Shown: positions 53,101 through 64,000 of the stretch, piece by piece
Layout of the letters: each line of letters starts with the position of its first letter
Numbering within the stretch: position 1 is the stretch's first letter
NCBI GenBank assembly: GCA_951406725.2
Contig: OX597814.1
Location: 132,122,001-132,186,000 of the forward strand
Reading direction: 5' to 3'
From: Octopus vulgaris
Lineage: Eukaryota
Length of the DNA stretch: 64,000 nt
Translations under genes and position numbers: made by a program
The notes under the pieces: model-generated
Told to the model about the DNA's origin: nothing
The model's input: the letters and a program-made list of their open reading frames with translations, nothing else
The model's database searches: none

Positions 53101-53822
53101 GTAAGGATAAAGAAAGGGAAGCAATGTGCCGTTTCGGCAAGCCAACTTTCTATATATGGGATCTTCCATTTTTGGGCAGTAATTGATGGGTTGAGGCCAC
53201 GTACATTTAACAGGAATGTCGAGGTAAGGGAAGTTTGATGTTTGCATTGTTCTAAGTTATATTTTATGATGTTCATTGGTAACAATGTGGGTAGTTCTTG
53301 TATGGAGCTGTGTGTGTATGATTTTCTTGTTGGTAATGGGTGTATGGTCCTTGTGATTTGCATAGGTGGTTGCTGATAGCTTGTTGGATCTCCTGGCTTA
53401 GGTCGGCCTTCATATTTTCTAGGTATGTCAGTAAAAAAGAGTTACCTCTTTGGTTTTCCACTTGGTCAGATGATACATATTTCATGTTGGCGTTATTTTG
53501 GTGTTTTTTCATGGTTCTGTACGTTGTTTGATTGTAGGAGGGGAAACTTGGTTGTATTTTGTTCTTGTTGTTGTCTTAGATTTCCCCTGTTCTTGTTTAT
53601 ATTTATTCTGTGATCGTTTTGTGCCCTTCAGATGATGGTGGTTGCATTCTGGGTTCAGGCACGTCCTTTGTGACACAGAAGTTTGGCACAGTTTAGGATG
53701 GAATAAGGTGCATCCATTGTCTTTTGTGCATCCGTATTTAGGATCAGGACCATGAACTCTGTATTTAGGACAGTATTTGGGGTGGAGGTGGGGGCAGTTT
53801 TTTCCCGTTATACCATATGGAC
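50200..53822 (-). mobile_element. CR1-group LINE, nearly full ORF2 (APE + RT) plus ORF1 C-terminus with CCCH zinc fingers; frameshifted
   Basis: LNVRGL, ILTETHL, GLYRPP, MGDFN, LDLVLTN, LSDH; NYRPISLTS, GVPQGTVLGPLLF, FADDTK; 53620-53822 gives CPHLHPKYC...CTLFHPKLC...CLNPECNHHH; 3' tail (ATCTAAGTTTT) twice. Confidence 0.92.
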
Positions 53823-55280
53823 AATATTGACAAGTTTAATCAGAAATGTAAATGGAAGAATGTCGTCATGTCCAGAGACATTCAGTAAAATGTAAAATAA
53901 TTGACAAAAAGATCTGTGATGTTTTTTTTATACAAATATATTTTATTAAACGGCAAATTAGTATGATAATAAATTGATACGTACAATGAATGATTATTTG
54001 TAAGATTGCCTTATATATTATAAAAATATTTTACGTATTACATAATATTAAATATCATTACAAAAATAAACGTGGGATTTGCGCTTAAGAAATGAAACGA
54101 ATGCTTAAGAAATGAAATGAACGCATTAATTACTGGAAATAATTTAATAAAACTAGCTATTTATCGCTTTCGTCTTTGAACACAGGGTTGCTGATATGTG
54201 AGACAATGAATAATCAAATAAATAATACTAGATAATACTATCATTACTTATTTCAGTAAATCGAAAAATTTAAAGCAAAGTTGGACGTATCTGGAAATGG
54301 CTTGAAATCAGTCAATAGGGTTTTAAATAAACAATGCATGGCATTGCTAATTTCGAAGTTTCTGCTAAAACAGCAGCTTATCACCTTTACGTATCAATTT
54401 CTGATCAAGACACAACGTCGACAATTTGAAGGAAATAAAGTGACAATTTTATAGACCATAGTACATCAGTGGTGCTCTGTTGTATCGACCTTCATAGAAC
54501 GAAAGTTAATGTTGATAGTAGTAAGTTGTGAAGCGAAAATGTAAGGAAGGAAAATAAGTGCTTCCATGTATTTTATTTCGTTCTAACGATTCTGTCAGCT
54601 CATCCTCTTATCATGTTTTAATATTAAGAAATATGAAGGCAGTGAGCTAGTATAATCGTCAGCACGCCGGAGAAAATACTTAACGGTATTTCGTCCGTTT
54701 TTAAATTCTGAGTACAAATTCTGCCATACATCGTTTCTTGGTCGATTATATTGTTACCAATTGATTACTGATGTTCGATTTAATCGATTTAATCGACTTA
54801 CCTCCCGAAAATCCTAGTCCCATTACAACTTTTGAAACCAATATTAAGAAATAGGTAGGTGGAGAGCCGGCAGAATCACTAACACACTGAGCAAAATTCT
54901 TAGAAACATTTCGCCCGACGTGATGTTCTGAGATGAAATTCTGCCGAGGTCGACTTTGCTATTCACCCATTCGGGGTCGATAAAATAAGTAGAATTTGAG
55001 CTCTGGTGTCGATGTAATGGATATACTTCTTCCGCTGAAAATGGTTGCTTTTAGCCAAAATTCGAATTCAATATTAAGAAATAGGCAATAAGCATGTAGC
55101 AATATTTGTGAATGTGAAAACATGAAGTACATGTGTGTATAAAAAATACAGTGGCTCTACGTTTTGCCTAGTTTTATGCTTTTATATGATGGTAATATGC
55201 ACACGTACACTGAAATAACATTGTATATTTAGATTGATATTATTAACAATTTTAAGCGATGTTGTAAATAATGTAAATAG

Positions 55281-55330
<50 letters not shown>

Positions 55331-55333
<3 letters not shown>

Positions 55334-55730
55334 GGTATTTTTGTATAAGCTTAAAGCTTATAGCGATTATTATGCAATGACGAAGGAAAATAGTCTAATA
55401 AAGAAGCATATAAGCCCTCGACAGAAAAAAAGAAGTCGTTCCTATCCGCCATAGAAGACGTACGTATCTTCATACATAAATACACACGTACGTACGTACC
55501 TACCTACCTACCTACCTTCATACATACATACATACATACGTACATACATACATACATACATACATACATACATACATACATACATACATACATACATACA
55601 TACATACAAAGAGCCCAACCAAAGCCTTCTTTTTCTGTCGAGGGATTATATGCCCCTTTATTAGACTATTTTCCTAAGTCATTGTACGGTGATCAACATA
55701 ACTGTTAAGCCTATATAAAAATAGCATTAT
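55331..55730. repeat. ~100 bp inverted arms enclosing a copy of gene 4 3'-flank sequence
   Basis: 55331-55435 is inverted at 55626-55730; the core 55443-55620 resembles 56221-56332. Confidence 0.8.
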
Positions 55731-55784
55731 TATTATTTACAGGATTATAAACTCGGCGCCGTACGAAAGAAACCATTCGCACCG

Positions 55785-55825
<41 letters not shown>

Positions 55826-55827
<2 letters not shown>

Positions 55828-56260
55828 AAAGTGTAAAAATATATTAATGAAAAGTGCTTAAAATTAATTGGTAGTTGTGTACAATGACCGACGAAAAAGA
55901 TGAAATTAAATGCAGTTAATGCATGAGAAATTTTTAAATGAAAAATGCAGTGAAAAATATGAAAAAATGTATATTAAAAAATACTCTTTTATTGCCATAG
56001 AAGACGTACATACTTTCATACATAAATACATACGTACCGACATACCTATATATATAAGTGTAAAAATATATAAATAAAAAGTGTTTATATATAAAATTGA
56101 TTGGATGTTGTGTACAATGACCGAAGAAAAAGACGAAATAAAATGCAGTTAAAACATGAAAAATTTTAATTTGAAACATGTTTTTAAGATATGAAAATGT
56201 ATATTAATAAAATACTCTTCTATCCCAATAGAAGACGTACATACCTTCATACATAAATAC
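55826..56260. repeat. ~230 bp tandem duplication downstream of gene 4
   Basis: GTTGTGTACAATGACCGA...AAATGCAGTTAA...ATACTCTT...ATAGAAGACGTACATAC occurs twice; one related copy at 27820-27890. Confidence 0.8.
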
Positions 56261-56397
56261 ACACGTACCTACCTACATACATACATACATACATACATAC
56301 ATACATACATACATACATACAAAGAGCCCAAATAAATTGTGGTAAGTTATACATAGTATAACATAACCATATCGTTCGAATGTGAATAATCTTTCCG

Positions 56398-56901
56398 TTA
56401 GTCTTTACTTTTCCTCGATATACGATCGATTTTCCGTACACATACACAGGCAACCGGGATCATAATTTTACTCGGCTTATATATGTAGAAACCGTTAAAA
56501 CATTTTCGAGTCCGTTTAAGTATCACTGTTTTAGTAGATACTGTCACACATTGGTAGTTTTTGTCAGTGTCTAGACAATCTTTACAACGACACACGACTT
56601 CAGTTCGTAGTGGAGGATAAACTCTTTTGTTATAGATAGATTTCAGGTACCAAGGACACGTGGAACGCTTGCGGAGAACACTGGAATTAACATAAGATGT
56701 AGGGCAAGTCGTATCCAACTTAGGATGTGGTGTTGTTGTGAGTGGAGCTATTTTATCTGTGTAAATAAACTTATTGCGAAATCTGGAAAGATTCTTATGA
56801 CGGGCTTTCAAGTTGGTTGGTGTTTTACAGTGTGTCCGATGTGACGCCGAAGATACACACATGATGATACTGTAGAAGCAGCCCAAATATTGAATAAATA
56901 C
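56398..56901 (-). CDS. IL17: IL-17-like gene 4, exon 2 (spliced protein ~171 aa)
   Basis: Acceptor TTTTCTGTCGCACAG; RSTCPWYL...YPPLRTEVVCRCKDC...QCVTV...C...YIYKP...IPVACVCVR. Confidence 0.92.
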   Translation of the reverse strand, partial: VFIQYLGCFYSIIMCVSSASHRTHCKTPTNLKARHKNLSRFRNKFIYTDKIAPLTTTPHPKLDTTCPTSYVNSSVLRKRSTCPWYLKSIYNKRVYPPLRTEVVCRCKDCLDTDKNYQCVTVSTKTVILKRTRKCFNGFYIYKPSKIMIPVACVCVRKIDRISRKSKD

Positions 56902-57202
56902 CTGTGCGACAGAAAATATTTTAGTGAAGTGGTGTGATATGTTTTCAATATGACACATTTATCAGCATAAAAATACAAAAATAATCTTATTTCATTAGAA
57001 ATATATATAAAATTTATTTTACATTTAAGAGAAACGGTATCGCTGAATGATGTTGTAAACAGCCTGTTGAATGATAACAAATACCAGAATACTACGTGTG
57101 GTGCGCGCTGGTTCGTGATTTAGAAGGAAATCATGTGGAAGATTGTCTCACACACAAAAATAAATACATACATACATACAAATATATATATATATATATA
57201 TG

Positions 57203-57532
57203 CGTGGCATCTTGGGCAAGTGTCTTCTACTATAGCCTCGGGCCGACCAAAGCCTTGTGAGTGGATTTGGTAGACGGACATTGAAAGAAGCCCGTCGTAT
57301 ATATGTATATATATATGTATGCGTGTGTGTGTTTGTGTGTCTGTGTTTGTCTCTCTAGCATTGCTTGACAACCGATGCTGGTGTGTTTACGTCCCCGTAA
57401 CTTAGTGGTTCGGCAAAAGAGACCGATAGAATAAGTACTGGGCTTACAAAGAATAAGCCCCGGGGTCGATTTGCTCGACTAATGGCGGTGCTCCAGCATG
57501 GCCACAGTCAAATGACTGAAACAAGTAAAAGA

Positions 57533-57535
<3 letters not shown>
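57203..57535 (+). mobile_element. SINE family A, 5'-truncated
   Basis: Family A body and tail. Confidence 0.8.
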
Positions 57536-57619
<84 letters not shown>

Positions 57620-58494
57620 TAAATATATGTATGTCTATGTTACTATGGTTATTTTACTAAATAACCTAGACACAATCACACTTTGCTTAAAACTGGTCTT
57701 CATGTCTTTATGTCCCTCTCAAACAACGGTTCGGTAAAAGGCACGGATAGATTAAGTGTCAGTCATATAAAATTAATTACTGGGATTGGATTATTTTATT
57801 AAAACCTTCACGGCTGAGCCTCAGCATGACCTCAGCTTAATAACTGTTTGTGTGTGTGTGTGTATGTGTGTGTATGTATCACTAGGTAAGTGTTAAAAAA
57901 AAGACCGGTTGATATATGTATTTAAAGCAGGAGTGAAAGAATGAGGGAAATGAAACGGATGAGTAATGGAGGAATAGTGACAGTTACCCGAAATAGGTTG
58001 AATTTGTAAACATGTAGTAGTAATTTAACAGAGTATGTTCTCTTTTATGAAAAGTTATGATTGAAGAGAAACGTGATACATTTCCGAGTAGAATCCTACC
58101 TAAGATTAAAATATCAACGGTTTTTAATATTTTTCTGGTGATATACATACATAAATACGTACATCCATCCATCCATCCATCCATCCATCCATCCATCCAT
58201 ACATACATACATACATACATACATACATACATACATACATACATACATACATACATACATACATGCATACATACATACATACATATATATATACTCACGC
58301 AAACGCATATTCATACATAAATATATACATAGGCGTAAGCGTGGTTGTGTGCTAGGAAGTTTGCTTTTCAACGACTCTGTTCTGGTTTCGGTCCCTCTTC
58401 GCAACACGTTGGGCAAGTGTCCTCTATTATTGCTTCGGAGTGATCAAAGACTTGAGAATGGATGCAGGATATGGAAACTGAAAGAAGACCGTCG

Positions 58495-58525
<31 letters not shown>

Positions 58526-59370
58526 CAGTGTGTGTGCATCATTGTGGCTCCGTTTATCTCCCCTTCCCCACCGCTTCACAATCAGTGTTAGTGTGTACTC
58601 TCCGGTTCAGCCAAACAATCCGATAGAATATGCACCAGGCTTAACAAAAAGGAATACAGGGGTCGATTGTTTCGACTAAAATTCTTTAAAAGATATATGA
58701 ATCAGAATGTGTGGTTTGTTGTATACACTTCGTGGTTTTATTATTCAAATACACCTCACAAGTCGTTCTGTATTGTAGGATGTATACAGAACGGCTTGTG
58801 GGATGTTCTGTATACATCCCACAAGCGCAGTTATATCTCATTTCTGCAAATTACCTACGTTGCAAATGTTTTCTACCATGATTTTGTCTTAGCTGCTGAA
58901 GATAGAGTAGGATAATCGTACTGATGATGTATTTCGAAGCAGAAACACCTGCCACAGTTGTCCTATTGTCTTAATAGAATCAGGTTGTTTTGTATTTCAT
59001 TTATAGTAGTTAATTCTGAGATTATCTCAGCTTTTCACTTTAAGTTAGTATTAATTATCACCCAAGTAATTAGTCTACGCTCTCTGGAAGCAGAGATGCT
59101 TTCAATAAATCACAAAAATATCTTTTCACTTCTTGCATAAATTCAGGGAATTGACCACTCTTAATAGTTCTCTTAGTACATGTGTGTGTGATGTGAGCGT
59201 GCGTGCCAGTGTGTGTATTTGAGCATGTGTGCTCGTGTGTAAATCGAATAAAAACGGAAAGTGTGTAGAAAAATAGCATCTACGAAAATGGAAAGACGAT
59301 TTAGTGAAATGATTTGAGCCATGAAGAAAAAGGAGAATGAAATCAAGAAGGAATTAGCAATGTATTAGAA

Positions 59371-59455
<85 letters not shown>

Positions 59456-59735
59456 TGTGTGCGTGTGTATATCTATATATGTATATATATACACATATAT
59501 ATATAAATATATATATATAAAATATATATATATGTTTCAAAATATGTTTCAAAAAGAAAATAGAAAATACACGTGGAAAAGATATTGAGAAAGTAAGAAG
59601 AAAAAAAAACGAGGAGCAAAAAGTAAGAAAAAAAAAGAATAAAATATATATATTACAGTCCTTAAATGGATACATACAGAATAAGCATAACTGCAAAAAA
59701 AAATATATTAAATTATTTCAGTAAGTTTTACTTAC

Positions 59736-59747
59736 TTTGTAATTCAT
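59736..59747 (-). CDS. IL17: IL-17-like gene 4, coding part of exon 1 (MNYK)
   Basis: ATG AAT TAC AAA then GTAAGT, phase 0; homologous context to 40481-40492. Confidence 0.75.
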
Positions 59748-59871
59748 TGTAATTCCGCTTGTCGTACAGACGTAAACAGACGATAACTAAGATATGTTAA
59801 GGCTCAAACCTGAGTATTTTCGCCTCTCTCTGTGATATACATTTGTATTGGTATTAACTGTATGGCATTTA

Positions 59872-60000
59872 CTTATATATGCAGAGTTTAAAGATCAGCA
59901 GTACTATGTGTTAATGAATATACGGAATTTGAAACCAGTGTGCGGGAAATTATACGTCCGGTAAAGTGGTAGTTCCGCCGTGTTTATATATGTACCTGTC
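59872..60000 (-). promoter_or_regulatory. Gene 4 proximal promoter (TATATAAG at 59879-59872)
   Basis: Colinear blocks shared with the gene 3 promoter; same TATA-ATG spacing as gene 1. Confidence 0.6.
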
Positions 60001-61139
60001 AATCTATGGATAGAGGAGTGGCTTTATGGAAGTGGTGAATCTGTTGTTGTCACGTATATTATTTTCTTAGAAAAACAATACTTCTCCTTTATTATATTCA
60101 TGTTCGTTAGCAATCCCTGCAAAATGCTTAGCAGTATTTTGTTCGATGTGATATTCTGGGTTCTTCTTTGCTACGGTCTACTTTGCCGCTGTGGTCTGCT
60201 TTGCCTTCCATCCTTTCTGGGTTGGTAAAATAAGTACCAGTTGAGTACTGAGGTTCATATCATCGATTTACCCACTTTCCCCAAACTGCTGAGCTTCTGC
60301 CAAAATTTGAAATCAATATTTGTACATATTCCTTAGATTTAGTTTCTCTGAAGTAAAACACGACTTGTTGAAAAAAAAAGAGGCTGAAAAACAAATGTCT
60401 ATATGTCAATATAGAGTAATTATTCATTCCAAAACAATAGTTGTTGAGATCTGACTTGAAATTAAAAAAAAATATTGTCCAACACCTTCTACTTTACATT
60501 ATCGTCAATATATAAAAACAATAAATAAGTTCTAATATACTGTTTCTAACTTTCAGAGTAACACTTGAAACAATTTTAAAATAGATAAAAAAAAACATAC
60601 ATTATCATACCAATTAAATGGAAACTTATACTGTGGATAATGTTCCTTAATATACAGTAAATATTAAATTCAAATAACCAGGTGATTCACCAACTAGAAT
60701 ACAAAAATGCATGGGAGATAAGATACCATTTAAACATGATAAGGAATCAATGTCACTCTGGTAAGCGAAACTAGAACTGATCTACGGAATGCTTATAAAC
60801 TTATTTAGCATCATAAAGTAATTAGAATATATCCTTATTTTCTTAGTGGTTTGTAGAATTACAAGAGAATATAACATAAAGATTATAGTATAATAGTTTT
60901 AAAGAACAAATAATCTAAAATATGAGAATTTAGGTGTGAGAATAATCCATACACCTTGCAATAGCTATCCCCACTGGCCTCCCCCAAGCTATAATGATCT
61001 CAAGCCTCCCCATGTAGCCCCATCCATTATACCCACGGGTTCTACGTCCACCAAGGGCAGAAAGGCGGAGATCCTACGCTTTGCAGTATCTTTATCTCTC
61101 CAGGTTGAATCCTACCCAATCTTTTCTTTAAAATAATAA

Positions 61140-61790
61140 ACTCCGATAGAGAATAGATGGTTTGAATAAAGTGTAAAGAGAGGGATTGCTCAATGCCTAA
61201 AACATCGAGCAATGAATAAAAGTAGCGATCGTGATACACACCACGAAGAAATGATCAAGCTCAGTAACAATATATGAAGCAACAACTGCCTCCCAAACAT
61301 ACTATCCACTCCAATTATGAAGAAAAGAGAGAATGAAACCAATAAACTATCTATAGTCTGTCTACCCAATGTGAAAAGCCTCTCCGAAAAGATGCAAAAG
61401 ATATGCGGCCAATATGACATCAGGATAGTATTCAAGAGTAACACAACACTTCGCAAATATCGCCGAGTAAAACCACCAATAAAAGAGAATATGACCAAAA
61501 ACTGCGTGTACTCCATCCCATGCAGCTGTGGTAGGTCATACAAAGGCGAAACAAGCCGCCCCCTCAAAATAAGGGTAGAGAAAAATCGCAAAGCTGTGAC
61601 ACGAGGAGATATTGATAAATCGGGTATAGCTGACCATGTATGGAAAATGGATACCAGCTACCCCTGTGGGATGAAGTTAAAATAATAAACAGAGAACACC
61701 ACTGGAAAATAGGAAAACTGAAAGAAGCAGCACATATGCTAGGACACAACAACATCCTAAGCAGACCGAACGTAGATATGAAGGAAGATA
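61140..61790 (+). mobile_element. Penelope-like element fragment (GIY-YIG endonuclease)
   Basis: SLSEKMQKICGQYDIRIVFKS...NCVYSIPCSCGRSYKGETSRPLKIRVEK...SGIADHVW, continuing in a second frame as WDEVKII.REHHWK..KLKEA. Confidence 0.85.
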
Positions 61791-61821
61791 TTAGATTTAT
61801 AAGCCCTAAAATTCACTCCAC

Positions 61822-61900
61822 GGGCATATGGCGTAGTGGTTAAGAGCGTGGGCTACTAACCCCAAGATTCCGAGTTCGATTCCAAGCCGTAACCTGGATA
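61822..61900 (+). mobile_element. tRNA-derived SINE head followed by (AAT)n
   Basis: TGGCGTAGTGGTTAAG ... GAGTTCGATTCC; inverted relative at ~25925-26003. Confidence 0.6.
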
Positions 61901-62477
61901 ATAATAATAATAATAATAATGCCATGCAATACCAGACATGCCCTGATGCAATACCAGTAGTGGCTCTCATAGCTTCTGATCTTTACTTATTGGAAGATTT
62001 ATCATGTACATTGTTTTGTTTTGGTTTAAAAGATGGGCTACAGCAAATATTCTGCCCAATACCACAGATTTGCATTGCACTGATACAGTACCAGACAGTG
62101 GCTCCTGTGGCTTCTAATCTTAACTGATTGGAAGTGGGGCTACAGCAAATATTCTGCTCAATACCACAGATTTTCTTGTCAGTTGTTTGACCTTAACCAG
62201 TTGAGCATATCCCTTGGTGGCTGACGATATGTGCTTCTCTGATCACGCGTAGACGTAGTGGGAGAGCATCATAGCCATGTGTTGAGAGGGATTCTGAGAG
62301 GTTTGGCTAATTCACTTTTGGAAACATGGGTTGTTTATTCAACATCCTTAAACAATCCTTATTCAGGGACCTTTTGAGCGGGATGGGATATTCGACCAGA
62401 AGAAAATTCTAGCTGGGCCCCACCTGCTTCGTATATTTTACCCCAGTGTCACTTTGATGCCATGCACTGCTCTCTCA

Positions 62478-62480
<3 letters not shown>

Positions 62481-62563
<83 letters not shown>

Positions 62564-62619
62564 TGATGATGATGATGATGATGATAATAATAATAATAAT
62601 AATAATAGTAATAATGATG

Positions 62620-62702
<83 letters not shown>
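62481..62702. repeat. (AAT)n/(GAT)n microsatellite
   Basis: About 220 bp of trinucleotide repeat. Confidence 0.95.
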
Positions 62703-64000
62703 CACCACTCCTCTTTTGTTTAGCCTTGATACCTCTCTCAAAATTGCTCAATGACGCGCAGTACGGATATAAAATGTTTGATAAAAATATAAATCATCTC
62801 ATTTACATGGATGATTTAAAGCTCTTTGCAAAAAACGACCAACAACTCAAGGGCTTACTAGCGATTGTTAAACAATTCAGTGATGACATCAGAATGCAAT
62901 TTGGCCTCGATAAATGTGCAAAAGCTACCTTTATCAAAGGAAAAATGACAGAAACATCTAACGTTAACCTTGACAAGCAGAATATCATAAAAGAATTAGA
63001 CCCAACGGAGAGCTACAAGTACCTAGGGGTGAGTGAAGGGGACGGAATAAGGCATTCAGTGATGAAGGAAAGGATCAGGAGAGAATGTTATCGCAGAGTA
63101 AGAGCAATACTCAAGACAGAGCTGAATGCGAGAAACAGGATCGAAGCGATCAATGCTTTAGCCATACCAGTCGTGACTTACAGTTTCAATATCGTTAACT
63201 GGTCAATTACTGAAATATGTAATCTTGACAGAAAAATACGAAAACTGTTGACAATGCATAGAATGCACCACCCTAAGGCAGTTATAGAACGACTTTATCT
63301 GTCAAGAAAAGAGGGAGGCCGTGGACTTTTACAACTGGCAATAACAATGAAGATTGCTACAATTGCTACTCTGAGGACTGGATGTTAAAACTTGTCTCAA
63401 AACATGAAAACAAGAAAGCATCATACTGAGTAACAAAACAGGCAAAGGAATATCTAAGCAAATTCCGAATACAACAAATTTTGGAATTAGATATACAAGA
63501 AACAAGCACAGAAAAAGCTAAGCGCATGAAAACCTGTGCTAAACCCGTGCTAAAACTGCGGCCTTAGTTATTCTGAATGATAAATGGCAAGAAAAACCTC
63601 TCTACCCAAAGACAGCGAATAATGCAGATGTTGACAAAGCCTTGACCCATCAATGCCTAATCGCCTCTGGCTTAAAATCTAAAATAGAAGGGTTTATCAT
63701 AGCAGCTCAAGATCAATGCCTACCAACAAGAAACTACCAGGCCAACATATTAAAGAACGGCAGTAGCCCAACATGTCGTGTATGTCAACAACAAAATGAA
63801 ACCATTGATCATGTTGTCTCCAAGTGCAGTCTTCTAACGCCTACAGAGTATCTCAACAGGCATTATAGAGCTGCACAATATATTCACTGGGTAATTTGCA
63901 AAAACCTGGATTTCCCCATGAAAAAAACTGGTAGGAACACAAACCACCTCCAGGGCTTGAAAATGACCACATCTCACTCCTCTGGAACTTCACCATTCAA
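62703..64000 (+). mobile_element. 5'-truncated R4/Dong-like non-LTR retrotransposon, runs off the window
   Basis: HLIYMDDLKLFAK, FGLDKCA, YKYLG, RLYLSRKEGGRGL, AAQDQCLPT and zinc knuckle CRVCQQQNETIDHVVSKC. Confidence 0.88.

Overview
AT-rich, microsatellite-dense animal genomic DNA, most likely an octopod cephalopod judging from its SINE families, simple-repeat load and gene content. The window holds a tandem cluster of four interleukin-17-like (cystine-knot) genes plus a fifth gene fragment. Each gene appears to have two coding exons: a 12-15 nt coding tail of exon 1 (MKITT, MKITA, MLYK, MNYK, each ending in phase 0 at GTAAGT), a multi-kb transposon-filled intron, and one ~500 nt exon. The ORF track misses this structure. 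Genes 1-2 are on +, genes 3-4 on -. Gene 2 has a 1-nt frameshift. Genes 3 and 4 sit in an ~11-15 kb segmental duplication and encode strongly cationic proteins. The rest is decayed mobile DNA: Gypsy, Tc1/mariner, MULE, hAT, Helitron, CR1-like, R4/Dong-like and Penelope-like elements and several SINE families. The least expected layer is at least eight minimal type I hammerhead-ribozyme motifs. Three keep an intact catalytic core, and two of those lie on the sense strand of IL-17 introns. Many (TA)n-anchored inverted-repeat elements accompany them. All calls are by eye; nothing was searched or folded computationally.
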